Source of the DNA: Candidatus Latescibacterota bacterium
GTDB taxonomy: Bacteria; Latescibacterota; UBA2968; GCA-2709665
Reading direction: 5' to 3'
NCBI GenBank assembly: GCA_965222075.1
Contig: OZ244937.1
Span: 4,096,001 to 4,160,000 of the forward strand
Length of the DNA: 64,000 nucleotides
The notes under the pieces are model-generated. The model did no database searches, was not told the DNA's origin, and worked only from the letters and a program-made list of their open reading frames with translations. The stretch's first letter is position 1; each line of letters begins with the position of its first letter. Position numbers and translations under genes: made by a program. Shown here piece by piece: positions 1 through 10,300 of this stretch.

Positions 1-1520
1 GTCGCCACGACGAGAGGGTCTGGCTGAAGAATCGTCGGAACAAGCCCGGGAATATCCTCATCAACAGGGAAATACGGGCGTTTGAGCTTCTTATACTGGA
101 TGTGCCGAACCGTAGCCGGCGTCGGCCCCGGCGTATTGAGCACAAAAATCGCCTTTGCGATATTCCCGTACGCCAGTCGGTAATTCATCGGATTCTTGGC
201 CACAATAAACCTGGCCCTGGACGCATCCAGGTGCATGGAACGAAACTGTTCATCGGCCCAGTCGTAGGTCGCGTGGCTCGCAACCAGCACCTGAACCCCG
301 CCCACCGCCAGCACCGCCGAAGGCCCCATATTTCCCTCAACCCCATCCCAGATCCCGCCCGAATACCGGAAACGCCCGTCCCCCAGCCGCGTCACCCGTC
401 CCGCCACCGTAACCGGCTTGCCCCACCGCGGGTCGCGTTTGTGCCCCAGCGAAACCGTTACCTCCTCTCCCACACCCGCCGCGTGACAGGCCGCCGCGGC
501 TTCCGGGTCGACCACCGGCGCCAGAGACATCCCCTCCACATCCGCCTCAACCAGCGCCTTCAGCGTTGCTGCGCTGTCGCCCGCCGCGCCTCCCCCGCAG
601 CAGTCGGCCGTCTCCACCAGCAGTACCGGCCCGCCTTCCACCTCCAGTCCCCTGGCAATCGCCTCGGCCGGCGTATAAACCGTCGGCTCCAGATCGAACC
701 GCCGCGCCCAGTAGTCCTCCGCTACCTGCCGCGCAATCGACACTGCCCGGTCCATGTCATCGTCCGTAATCACCACGGCCCCGCTGCCCATATCCGGCTG
801 GTCCAGAAATGAGTGAACCAGAAAAACGCTGGTCGACAGAACACCGCCCTTCCCCTCGTGCGACTTGGCGATCCGCATCACCTGCGCAAATGGATCGTCG
901 CCCTCGGTTGACCCGTAAATCGCCCCGGTAATCACCGGCACCTTCGCCATCGCCATTGTCGGACGCCACCGGCCCTCAAGCATTCCCATCAGCATCCGCG
1001 CCCCTCGTTCACCCGTCGTAAACGCATCCCGGTGGGGGTACGTCTCCCAGGCGATCAGTGCATCTGCAAAACGCACCATATCCGCCGTCACGTGGGCGTG
1101 CAGGTCCAGCGTCACAACAATCGGAATCCGTGCACCCACAATCTCCCGTACCGCCCTGATCAGGTCGCCTTCCAGATCGTCCACATTCTCAACCGCCGCC
1201 GCCCCGTGCAGCGGCAGTAGCACCCCGTCCACCGGCAGCGCATCGCGCAGCCCCGCAATCAGTTCCCCCTTAAGCTGCGCATAACACGCCGATTCCACCT
1301 GACCGCCTGGACAGGTGCTTGCCCAGACCAGCGGAACCGGCTCCGCTCCGGCTTCGCGCAGCACGCGGAGCATCCCGCCCACCACCCCCGAACCGATCCG
1401 CAGAATCTCATCTCCCCGGCACAGTTCATACCGCTCAAACCAGCTCATATCAATTATCATACCCCCGAGCTGATTACACTCGGTAAACACCGATCCGATT
1501 GCAACCCGTTGCGCACACAT
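1..1520 (-). CDS. M81 family metallopeptidase (MlrC-like), 3' end runs off window
   Basis: Not in the ORF track because it is open at the edge. Hand translation from ATG 1520 (GAGGAG RBS): MCAQRVAIGSVFTECN...DGVLLPLHGAAAVENVDDLEGDL...VTLDLHAHVT, typical MlrC motifs. Confidence 0.85.
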   Translation of the reverse strand, partial: MCAQRVAIGSVFTECNQLGGMIIDMSWFERYELCRGDEILRIGSGVVGGMLRVLREAGAEPVPLVWASTCPGGQVESACYAQLKGELIAGLRDALPVDGVLLPLHGAAAVENVDDLEGDLIRAVREIVGARIPIVVTLDLHAHVTADMVRFADALIAWETYPHRDAFTTGERGARMLMGMLEGRWRPTMAMAKVPVITGAIYGSTEGDDPFAQVMRIAKSHEGKGGVLSTSVFLVHSFLDQPDMGSGAVVITDDDMDRAVSIARQVAEDYWARRFDLEPTVYTPAEAIARGLEVEGGPVLLVETADCCGGGAAGDSAATLKALVEADVEGMSLAPVVDPEAAAACHAAGVGEEVTVSLGHKRDPRWGKPVTVAGRVTRLGDGRFRYSGGIWDGVEGNMGPSAVLAVGGVQVLVASHATYDWADEQFRSMHLDASRARFIVAKNPMNYRLAYGNIAKAIFVLNTPGPTPATVRHIQYKKLKRPYFPVDEDIPGLVPTILQPDPLVVA

Positions 1521-1532
1521 CACAGATTCTCC

Positions 1533-1980
1533 TCAGGAGCTGCTGCTTAGAAAATAACCTTTCGGTAGATACTCAGGTCCAACTGTTCTTTGCTCTTGGC
1601 CTTTTTCTTGCACGCCCAAGAAAAAGGCCCAAAAAGAAGGGCGCCGCTCAGGCGCCGCGGGGGCTGCTTTTCCGCGAATTGTCCCTGTGGTGGAAGCGGA
1701 CGCTTCTGCCCTGCGGACCTTTGGGGCGTTTCTGGGCGAAGGCGCTGGAGGGAACCGCGCGGAAAAGCCCCTTCCCCCCGCACCGAAGCGCGGGAGGCGA
1801 GACGGGTGAGCGGGCGCATTAAAACCCATGTCGGGCCGCTTTGCGGGGCTGTCGCGTTCCCCTGGCGTCAAGCGATTTTCGAGGGCGAGACCTGCCTGCC
1901 GAGTCGGCGCAGGCAGGCGCCCTCGTTCCCAGGTTCTTTGATCCACTTGAGGGACCGCGGAATTTTGAGACGGCTTCTAA
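1533..1980. mobile_element. MITE-like modular repeat, copy 1
   Basis: Long near-identical blocks shared with 12611-12914, 23995-24666 and 37023-37141. Right end GAATTTTGAGACGGCTTCTAA matches the right ends of the other copies. Confidence 0.75.
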
Positions 1981-2004
1981 GATAAACACTCACAGAAAAA
2001 ATGC

Positions 2005-2054
2005 TTGTCTTTTATGGTTGCCTACTGTATATTTAAAGTAATACACTAATACAC
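2005..2054 (+). promoter_or_regulatory. sigma70-like promoter with probable YtrA/GntR operator
   Basis: TTGTCT-17bp-TATATT; inverted TGTAT-N10-ATACA (2026-2045) overlapping the -10, plus an extra TAATACA half-site, directly upstream of the GntR gene. Confidence 0.55.
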
Positions 2055-2070
2055 ATTGGAGAAATTGACA

Positions 2071-2466
2071 GTGCTCATCACAATCGATCACCACAGCGGC
2101 GTGCCGGTCTACCGGCAGCTGATGGACCAGATCAAGTTTCACATCGCGAGTGGATTGCTGAAACCGGGAGAAAAATTGCCCACCACACGCACCCTCTCCG
2201 CGCAGCTGGGCCTCAACCCGATGACCATCAGCAAAGCGTACAGCTTTCTGGAGGTTGAGGGTATCGTGGAACGGCGTCGCGGACTTCCTTTAACCGTGAA
2301 GTCCCTGAGACCTGAAGAAATTCAGGTTCAAAAACTGGACCGATTCCGGCAGAGCCTGACGTCCATCATCACCATAGCCAGACAGCTCGGAATCGACAAA
2401 TCCCAGGCCCTGGAAATTTTCAGCCAGATGCTGGACGACGCCGGCGATCAGGAAAAGGAGGTATAG
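2071..2466 (+). CDS. GntR family (YtrA subfamily) transcriptional regulator
   Basis: PVYRQLMDQIK..LKPGEKLPTTR..LGLNPMTISKAY wHTH; short protein preceding an ABC ATPase. GTG 2071 follows GGAG; alternative TTG 2056. Confidence 0.9.
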   Translation: MLITIDHHSGVPVYRQLMDQIKFHIASGLLKPGEKLPTTRTLSAQLGLNPMTISKAYSFLEVEGIVERRRGLPLTVKSLRPEEIQVQKLDRFRQSLTSIITIARQLGIDKSQALEIFSQMLDDAGDQEKEV

Positions 2467-2467
2467 T

Positions 2468-3352
2468 ATGGAAACCGCGTTCGAAGTGAAAAACCTCACC
2501 AAACAATTCGGAGATGTGACCGCGCTGGACAGCATCAGCCTGTCCGTTCCGAAACCGGCGGTTGTCGGTCTGATCGGCAGAAACGGAAGCGGCAAAACGA
2601 CCCTGCTCCGCCACGTCATCGGCCTTTATCTGCCCACCAGCGGCGAGTGTACCACGCTTGGATGCGCCGCAGAAAAGCTGGGCCCCGGCGAACTCTCGCG
2701 CATCGGCGTCGTCCATCAGGAGAACCGGTTTCTGGAATGGATGAAAGTGGAGCAGCAACTGCGCTATGTCGCTTCGTTCTACAAACACTGGGACCGGGAA
2801 CTGGAGCAGCGCCTGCTGGAGGAACTGGAACTGGAGGAGGGCGCCCGGGTGGGCACGCTGTCTCCGGGCAACGCGCAGAAACTGGGCATTATTCTGGCGG
2901 TCTGTCATCGCCCGGACCTGTTGATTTTAGATGAGCCCGTCGGCGGCCTGGACCCGATCACGCGCGAGCAGTTTCTGAAATTCCTCCTGGAACTGCTTCA
3001 ACAGGACACCCATACGATCGTGATATCCTCCCATGTTCTGCACGACATCGAAAAAGTCGTCAACCGGGTGATCTGCCTCGACCGGGGACGAATCAAGACG
3101 GACGCCTCTCTGGATGAGCTTCAGGAACGCTTCATGGAATGGCGGGTCACCGCCACAGCCGGCAGACTTCCCATTCGTTTTGAAGAAGATTTCGTGCTCT
3201 CGCAGGAGGTGAACAGCCGCCAGGCCCGCCTGGTTGTCCAGCGGGCTTCGGACAAGCTGGAAGAATTCAAGACCAAGTACGATGTGGAGGTGGCCAGCAA
3301 CCCGCTCAACCTGGAGAAGATGTTTCCGCTCCTCCTGCAGGAGACCGAGTGA
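2468..3352 (+). CDS. ABC transporter ATP-binding protein (YtrB-like)
   Basis: Walker A GRNGSGKTT, LSPG signature, Walker B LILDEP, SSH switch. Confidence 0.93.
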   Translation: METAFEVKNLTKQFGDVTALDSISLSVPKPAVVGLIGRNGSGKTTLLRHVIGLYLPTSGECTTLGCAAEKLGPGELSRIGVVHQENRFLEWMKVEQQLRYVASFYKHWDRELEQRLLEELELEEGARVGTLSPGNAQKLGIILAVCHRPDLLILDEPVGGLDPITREQFLKFLLELLQQDTHTIVISSHVLHDIEKVVNRVICLDRGRIKTDASLDELQERFMEWRVTATAGRLPIRFEEDFVLSQEVNSRQARLVVQRASDKLEEFKTKYDVEVASNPLNLEKMFPLLLQETE

Positions 3353-4680
3353 TGGGGTTTTACGCGCTATTCCGATTGCTGTGGCGCCGGGTGAGCATCC
3401 TGTACGTGCTTGGCCTGGGATTGGTTGTCTTGTGGTTTCTGTTTCTATATCTGCATGGTCCGCATGTGCATCCACACAGGCCTCCGCCACCGGAGCGTCT
3501 CAATCTGTTCACCCTGGTTTTTTCGGCGGTCGTCGGCTTTTTGATCGGGCAAAGCGTGTCCGAGCTTCAGCACACGCTGCTTTCGTGGACTCTGCCCAAC
3601 CTCCGAAGGCGACTTTTCTTTTCGTTGCTTTTTGTCGGCATTGTTACCGCGTTCATTGTAACGTGGGTTTACACGTCCCTTGACGGTCCTGCCCCATGGC
3701 TCCCGATCTTCACGTCCGTTCTCCTCTGGTACAGTATGGGACTCGCTTTGAGCACGAATCCATTTCCGGATATTACGATTCGCGACATCCGTCTGTGCGG
3801 AGTTGGGACTTTCACCCTGGCTCTGCTGGTCGCTGCCGGATTCTCAATCAATCGGATCCCTGATCTTTACAACACCCAACCCCTTCTCTCTGTCCTCCTG
3901 ACAGCGCTTGGAGCCTCGCTCTACCTGCATCGAATTCTTGGCGCCAACGCTGCCAGAGAAAATTCGCTTGTCTCCATCAAGGAAATGGTGGCCTGGAAGG
4001 GAATATCCAGGCGGAATTGGCAACATACAGGTCCGCTCACCGGCCTCTTCAACTGGATTCGAGCCGGTGAATATGAAAACTTCGGCTTCATTCGGGGAGG
4101 GTGGCCGGCCAGAGCGGTCGTAGTCTCAGGTATAGGAGTGGTTGGTGGGGCGGCCGTCGACTACCTGGTGGAGGGTCTCATGCTCGCCTTTTTTGGGCCG
4201 TACGTTATCGGTTGCTGCCTAAAAGAATGTTTGTTCCTGCAAAAAGGCTGGCTTTATCCCCTTTCCCGCAGGCAGTTGGCAAGACTTGCGTACTGGAGTA
4301 GTCTTCTATACAACGCTGTTTTTTGTGGGATCCTGTTACTGACTTTTCTTTTTTTGGAGAGCCTGATAGAGCTTGATGCAGGATACGACATTACCCGTTT
4401 TCTAACCCTGATGTTTATCTTCACCCCTGTTTTCCAGTGGCCGTGCCTGCGTTATGGACTTCATTTTCTTAATTTTCCTCTGACTCAGGCTCTTAGAGCA
4501 TTGGTGTCCTTTTCGGGCGGCGGTATAGGCGTTATGGTGTTGAGTGTGATATGGATTGAAGCGGCTCCGGATATATCCGATGTCTATGAGGTGGCCGCTT
4601 GCGCAGGTTTGATCCTTCTGTTCCAGTGCCTCTTTCGCTATAAAGTTGAGACCTATTTTAAAAGAGGCGATCTCGTCTAA
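3352..4680 (+). CDS. ABC transporter permease-like membrane protein, paralogue 1
   Basis: Multi-TM hydrophobic ORF translationally coupled (TGATG) to the ATPase; paralogue of 4717-6105. Confidence 0.75.
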   Translation: MGFYALFRLLWRRVSILYVLGLGLVVLWFLFLYLHGPHVHPHRPPPPERLNLFTLVFSAVVGFLIGQSVSELQHTLLSWTLPNLRRRLFFSLLFVGIVTAFIVTWVYTSLDGPAPWLPIFTSVLLWYSMGLALSTNPFPDITIRDIRLCGVGTFTLALLVAAGFSINRIPDLYNTQPLLSVLLTALGASLYLHRILGANAARENSLVSIKEMVAWKGISRRNWQHTGPLTGLFNWIRAGEYENFGFIRGGWPARAVVVSGIGVVGGAAVDYLVEGLMLAFFGPYVIGCCLKECLFLQKGWLYPLSRRQLARLAYWSSLLYNAVFCGILLLTFLFLESLIELDAGYDITRFLTLMFIFTPVFQWPCLRYGLHFLNFPLTQALRALVSFSGGGIGVMVLSVIWIEAAPDISDVYEVAACAGLILLFQCLFRYKVETYFKRGDLV

Positions 4681-4716
4681 CCCGCGCGTAGGCGTCGTCC
4701 ATCAGGAGAACGTCTT

Positions 4717-6105
4717 ATGGGGTTCAACGCGCTATTCCGATTGATATGGCGCCAGGTGACCATCCTGCACGTGCTTAGCCTGGGATTGGCTTTCGTATTG
4801 GTTCTGCTTCTATATAAAGACGAGCCCTTCCCCGGAGCACCCAGACCAGGGCGTCTTAACTTCTTCACCCTGCTTTTTTCGGCATTGGTTGGCGATTATC
4901 TTGGACAAGGCGTGTGCGGGCTTCAGCACACGCTGTTTTCGTGGACCCTGCCCAACCTTCGAAGGCGACTTTTCTTTTCGTTGCTTTTTGTCGGCATTGT
5001 CACAGCGTTTATCGTAACCTGGGTTTACAAATGGTTCGACGGTCCTGCCCCCTGGCTCCCGATCTTCACGTCCGTTCTCCTCTGGTATAGTATGGGACTG
5101 GCTTTCGGCATGAATCAAGTTCGGGGTATTCCGAGGCCCCATATCCTTCTGTACGGAGCCCTGGCTCTACTGGTCGCTGCCGGATTCTCGATCAATCGAA
5201 TCGCCGATCTTTACGGTACCCAAACCCTTCTCTGCGTTCTCCTGACAACGCTCGGAGCTTCGCTCTACCTGCATCGAATTTTTGACATCAACGCTGCCAG
5301 AGGGAATTCGCTTGTCTCTATCAAGGAAATGATGGCCTGGAAGGGAATATCCAGGCGGAAATGGCAACATACAGGTCCGATTACCGGCCTCTTCAACTGG
5401 ATTCGAGCCGGCGAATATGAAAACTTCGGCTCCACTCGGGGAGGGTGGCCGGCCGTAGCCGTCGGACTCTCAGGTGTGGCAGTGCTTATTGTGACGGCCA
5501 TGGCATACTATAAGGGATACGAACGGGGATCTCACGAAATGGGCATTCAGTTCATTTACCATACCATTTTCGATTCTTCATCTTTTAAGAAGAACATGAC
5601 CGTGTTGGTATCCGCCTTTCCTGTCTTATGCGCCGGAGCTTATAGCATAATCGGGTCGTTGTTCCCGCAAAACAAGGGCTGGCTTTATCCGCTTTCCCGT
5701 ACCCAGCTGGCGAGACTCGCGTACTGGAGCAGCCTTCTATACAACGCTGTTTTTTGTGGGATCCTGTTACTGGCTTTTTTCTTGATACAAAGCCTGGTAG
5801 GGCTTTATGCAGGATACGACGCCCATTTCAAATCCATCCCCGATTGTATCCGTCCTGTGACTCTGATATTCATAGCCACCCCTCTCATCCAGTGGCTGCG
5901 GCTTTACGTACAATCTGCTGTTTGGCTTTTTGTATTCCTGCTCTTGTGGCTTGGCGTTGGGGTGTTGGGTGCGATATGGCTTGAAGCGGCTCCGGATATA
6001 TCCGATCTCTATGAGGTGGCCGCAGGCGCAGGTTTGATCCTTCTATCCCAGTGCCTCTTTCGCTATAAAGTCGAGACCTATTTTAGAAGAGGCGATCTCG
6101 TCTAA
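4717..6105 (+). CDS. ABC transporter permease-like membrane protein, paralogue 2
   Basis: Shares near-identical blocks with 3352-4680 (e.g. SWTLPNLRRRLFFSLLFVGIVTAFIVTWVY; FRYKVETYFxRGDLV). Confidence 0.75.
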   Translation: MGFNALFRLIWRQVTILHVLSLGLAFVLVLLLYKDEPFPGAPRPGRLNFFTLLFSALVGDYLGQGVCGLQHTLFSWTLPNLRRRLFFSLLFVGIVTAFIVTWVYKWFDGPAPWLPIFTSVLLWYSMGLAFGMNQVRGIPRPHILLYGALALLVAAGFSINRIADLYGTQTLLCVLLTTLGASLYLHRIFDINAARGNSLVSIKEMMAWKGISRRKWQHTGPITGLFNWIRAGEYENFGSTRGGWPAVAVGLSGVAVLIVTAMAYYKGYERGSHEMGIQFIYHTIFDSSSFKKNMTVLVSAFPVLCAGAYSIIGSLFPQNKGWLYPLSRTQLARLAYWSSLLYNAVFCGILLLAFFLIQSLVGLYAGYDAHFKSIPDCIRPVTLIFIATPLIQWLRLYVQSAVWLFVFLLLWLGVGVLGAIWLEAAPDISDLYEVAAGAGLILLSQCLFRYKVETYFRRGDLV

Positions 6106-6172
6106 CCTGTCAAACTTGACGGAGACAGCCTCGTCCAGGTCCCCGATTACCGATCACCAGAGCGACGCTGTT

Positions 6173-7255
6173 ATGCGAATCGATCCCCGGTATATCTTCA
6201 ACTTTGTCGGACCTGAGGGGAAAAAGTACCACAGGCAGATATACTGGGAAAGGCTCTACGCCTTCTTTCCGAATCGGGATACCGTCCTTGTGGTCGCCAG
6301 AATCGTACCCCATCACAACATGCACTATGCCCTCTTCCAGGCTTTAAGGGGGAAAGGCAAGGGAATTCACCAAGCGCTGCTTCCCGAAGCATCCAGAGGA
6401 AGGGAAACGACAGATTTTATCAGCAGTGTAACGGAAATGATCCACTACCGCACCTCATCCCCTCCCGCAAAGGTCGTTGCAGACGCTCGGGAAGGGCTGG
6501 GGGAAACCTTTGAACAGGTAATGGTGGAATATGGAATGAGGAATTGGTTGGACTATGTACCGGAGCCGGGTGGGGCTTCACCAATACAGAACGCGTTTTC
6601 CCCCCCAACGGCAATCCTGGACTTGCTGGCGGGTATCACAGAAGAAGACGCCGGATGGTTCAGGCTGAGTTATAAGGTTGACGCCTTCCTCAAGGAACAG
6701 ATGCAGCACATGGAGGAAAATTCCGAAGGCAACCTCAAGAAAAACGCGCTGGTTCGCCGTCGAGACCTGGAAGACGATATATACAGACGGCTCTACAGCA
6801 ATCCCAAATACCTTGAACTTGTGAAACGGGTTATGGACGCAAAAGGAGGGTATGCCTCTCCTGTTGTCAGCCACTTTCTTTCTTTCTATTCCAGGTATTT
6901 GAACCAGAAAATGGGGGAATACGCCCGGCAGGAAAACGTGGACACCGCGTTCTTGAGGGAACGGCTGCAGGGCATACTGGGAAAAACAGAAGCGGAGTCG
7001 CTGCACATCCTGCCCGCTCACAAAATCACCGTCCTTGGCTATGTCCGAAAAGGAGAACTCTCGCCAAACGAAAAGGACCCTGAAAATACGGGGAAGAGCT
7101 ACCAGGTAGATCCCGATGTAGGGCTGCGAAAGATTGTATTAAAAGAGATCGAAGACAAGTTGTCCAGAGCGTTCATAAAGGGCTTTGTCCGATATATCTT
7201 CGGCAAAACCCATTACATCAAAAGCATCGGCTATATCGACGATCCGGAGCGCTGA
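6173..7255 (+). CDS. hypothetical protein
   Basis: About 360-aa soluble-looking ORF with no recognised motif. Start uncertain (ATG 6173 or TTG 6116). Confidence 0.7.
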   Translation: MRIDPRYIFNFVGPEGKKYHRQIYWERLYAFFPNRDTVLVVARIVPHHNMHYALFQALRGKGKGIHQALLPEASRGRETTDFISSVTEMIHYRTSSPPAKVVADAREGLGETFEQVMVEYGMRNWLDYVPEPGGASPIQNAFSPPTAILDLLAGITEEDAGWFRLSYKVDAFLKEQMQHMEENSEGNLKKNALVRRRDLEDDIYRRLYSNPKYLELVKRVMDAKGGYASPVVSHFLSFYSRYLNQKMGEYARQENVDTAFLRERLQGILGKTEAESLHILPAHKITVLGYVRKGELSPNEKDPENTGKSYQVDPDVGLRKIVLKEIEDKLSRAFIKGFVRYIFGKTHYIKSIGYIDDPER

Positions 7256-7298
7256 ATGGTCCCTTCACGCCTCGGTGGAGAAGGAGACGACCGAAGGG
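7168..7298 (+). repeat. 131-bp direct repeat, copy A
   Basis: AGCGTTCATAAAGGG...GACGACCGAAGGG nearly identical to 11374-11504. Confidence 0.9.
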
Positions 7299-7351
7299 AA
7301 TTTTCTCGATCATCTTGCAGGGGCATAAAAGATCTTCCCTCCACCGAACCC

Positions 7352-10300
7352 CTATGGCAGCGCCTCAAACTCACTCCAGACCACACCTGCCTTCCCTTCC
7401 TCCAGTCCCATAGTCGGCAGAAGGAAAAAGAGGCCCTCGATCCGCTCGCGGGGAAACATCGATCGCTCCAGGTTACCTTCAAGCAGGCACCCTTCGTCGC
7501 CCACGGAGCCGCCGGTGGCGTGTACTCCCTCTTCCTTTGCGCTTAAGAACAATGCCTTCCCGCTCTTCCCCACGATTCCACCCCAGTTCCAGCGTCCGGC
7601 TGCAGACCAGTGGGGCGCCGCCAGCGCGGTAATGGACTCATGGGTCGGGTTGTAGAACGACGCGGTCCCGGGTGAGGCGGCGAACCCCGGCCAGATGTGG
7701 AAGCCCACGTCCCCATGAGCGCTGATTCCGAGTTCGTCGCGACAACTCGGGAGAATTGCGAGCACATCCGCGCCGGGGGCCAACAGGTACTCGAGTGTGA
7801 TCGACTGGCCGCGGGCATGTTCCTGCGCGATGCGACAGTGGACGCGCACCCCGCGCCATACCAGACCCTGGCGCCCCTTCCGTTCAATCACGCGGTAGCG
7901 GAACCGTTCCTTGTAAAGCGTATCCTCCAACCGGTCGTACGCGGGCGAGATACCGCCGTGCCAGGGATTCATCCAGCCCCGGGGCGCCGCATCGGGGTAC
8001 GAACTGTTGAGATACTCCCTGCCCTCCCGCTGGAGGGAGATGACGGATCCCATGAAAGAAGGCGCGACCTTCGCCGTCAAAGTTCCGTTGTCCACAACGA
8101 TCACGCGCCCTTTCTCCTGGCGCGACACCCGAACCTGGCATGCGTTCCGGGGAAGGATCAGCGCCCTTCCGGAAAAACGGTAGACCGCCTCCTCGGTCTC
8201 AAAACGCACACCGATATCCTCCGTTTCCGACCAGGCTCGCTCCGTGGGGCGAAACCCCACCTTCCGCACGACCGGATTGGACTCGCAAAGCCCCGAAACT
8301 TTGATGGAGGCAACGTCCGAGCGCAGACTGGCGGATTCTTCCAGAATGAGTTCCCCGTTGAGTTTGTATTCACCAACGTGGCTGAGGCGCAGGGTCGCTT
8401 CGGCCTTCCCGCCTGCGATCAGCAGCGGACCGGGCTCGATTCCGAATTCAATCGGTCTGTGCGTCGGCGCAGGGGACGTCTCGATCTCCGGAACGCTGCC
8501 AAACAGGGTCTGCCACCAGGCCCGGATCGTCTGCCAATTCCCATCACCTGCAAAGGCGTAAATCGGGTCCATTTGTTTCGACTCGCCCGGCTTCATACGT
8601 CCAGCCCGAAGTCGCAGACTGCCCCAGGGGTCAGGTCCCACCCTCTCGGCCCGATCCCAGAGAATTCCGGCGGCGCAGCCATCCTCTTTCTCGGCGCAGA
8701 TCCATCCCTCCGGCCACGCCTCCCCCTCTTCGGGAAGCCTGAGGTCGTCCAGTTCGCGTCCTCCCGAACCGGCGGTCTGTCGGTACACCCCCTGCTTCCG
8801 GGGCACGACAAACGACGCCCCAGGGCCTATCCTCATCCCCCAACCCTGTACCAGGGACAGGTCCAGCGGCAGGGTCGACCCGTTGATTACCGTATCCACC
8901 ATCCGGACCAGCGGGCCCTGCCCCACGGCGATCCGCCTGTCCAGCATCACGCCGGGTCGAAGCACGGACCGGGTCCGCAGACGGAGTACAACTCCGAAGG
9001 CATCCTGTTCGACCGACGCCTCGGCCTTCTCCTGAAACAGATCGTCTCCTGCAAAGGGCGGTCCGAGCTTCGGGCGATGCAGGTCCAGCCTGCGAGACCT
9101 CAGCGCCCGCAGCCTGTGGAAGATCGAGACCTGTCCGTTGCGCAAGTTGGCGCTCACCATCAGTCCGCCTCCGCAGAGCAGAGCGCCTTCCTCCCCAACA
9201 CCTCCGGACACGCCGCCCCGATCAACGGCCAGGAGGTCGAGCCGCCTGGTTTTAACCGGAATTGTCTTTCTGCCCACCACGGCGCTCGTCTCGACGTCCA
9301 GTGAAACGGGCCCGGCCTGTGGGGCCATCACGGGCGCCGGGAATTCGGCCCCACCCTTCGGATCCAGTTCCACCCTCCGCTCGCTCACATCCGCGCCTCC
9401 CGCCGGCGTCACCCGCAGTCGCGCCGTACACGGCTCGTCCAGGTTCGACCGCAGGGTCAGCAGCGCTTCCTGAGGCGCACCGGGCGTCAGGATCGAGCGA
9501 ACGGCATCTACGGAAACATCCACTGCCTGGCGTACGTCGATCCCGGCCACGAGTTCGATCCCCACGCTATCGATCACCAGGTCGGTACGCAGCACCGCCG
9601 CTTTGGGTTCGTGTGTTTTCTCTTCGATATTCGGATCGATCACGAACGTCCCCCTGAGTTCGGCGGCGTCCGTTACCTCCAGTGCTTCGCGCTTTTTGAC
9701 CTCGACACCGGGGTCGCCCGAGGCGGTGAGAGAGACGCGAACCGGATCCGGCTTCTTGTTCACAATACGCCAGCGGACCGGGTGGGGGACACCCGCAACC
9801 AGCTTCTCGTCGGACAGGCTGCACGACACCATCAGGTCGTTGTTCTCAATCTCGATGATCCCCCAGCTCTGGCGGTCGAACACCAGTCTGAGGAAATCGC
9901 CGTCCGGCGCCCGCCAGAGATACTCGTAAATCTTCACTTTCCCCCGTATCATCACATCCTCTTCCAGACTGAGTTCCCGGACGTGGGTCTCGTACCAATC
10001 GTGTCTGGCGAAAAAGACGGCGGCGAGCGGATGCCGGCGGGCGGCGGGCGTAAAATTCTCCATGTGCACGGACGAGTCTGGCCGCCACATAAACCCCATC
10101 TTCTTGTACAGGGGCACTGCCTTCAAATTCCCCGGCCACGTGGACAGATCAACCCGCTGGAACCCCGCCTCGTATGCGCGGTCCAACGCAGCCCACAGCA
10201 CGGACTTCCCGTGCTTCTTCCCGTGGTAATCCGGATGGCAGTTGAGGTGCGGAACAAACGCATGCGCCTTCTGCCCTGGCTTCGCCCGGATCGTGCAGAT

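Noticed and set aside
102-812. 236-aa plus-strand ORF
   Set aside because: Antisense to the MlrC-like gene that the ORF track missed at the window edge.
3352-6105. Paralogue pair as a diversity-generating retroelement TR/VR
   Set aside because: No reverse transcriptase in the window, and the differences are not adenine-specific.
7697-9304. 535-aa plus-strand ORF (likewise 14817-16388, 22267-23394, 27955-29109, 32547-34001, 35495-36718)
   Set aside because: Antisense shadows of well-supported genes in high-GC DNA; no recognisable motifs.
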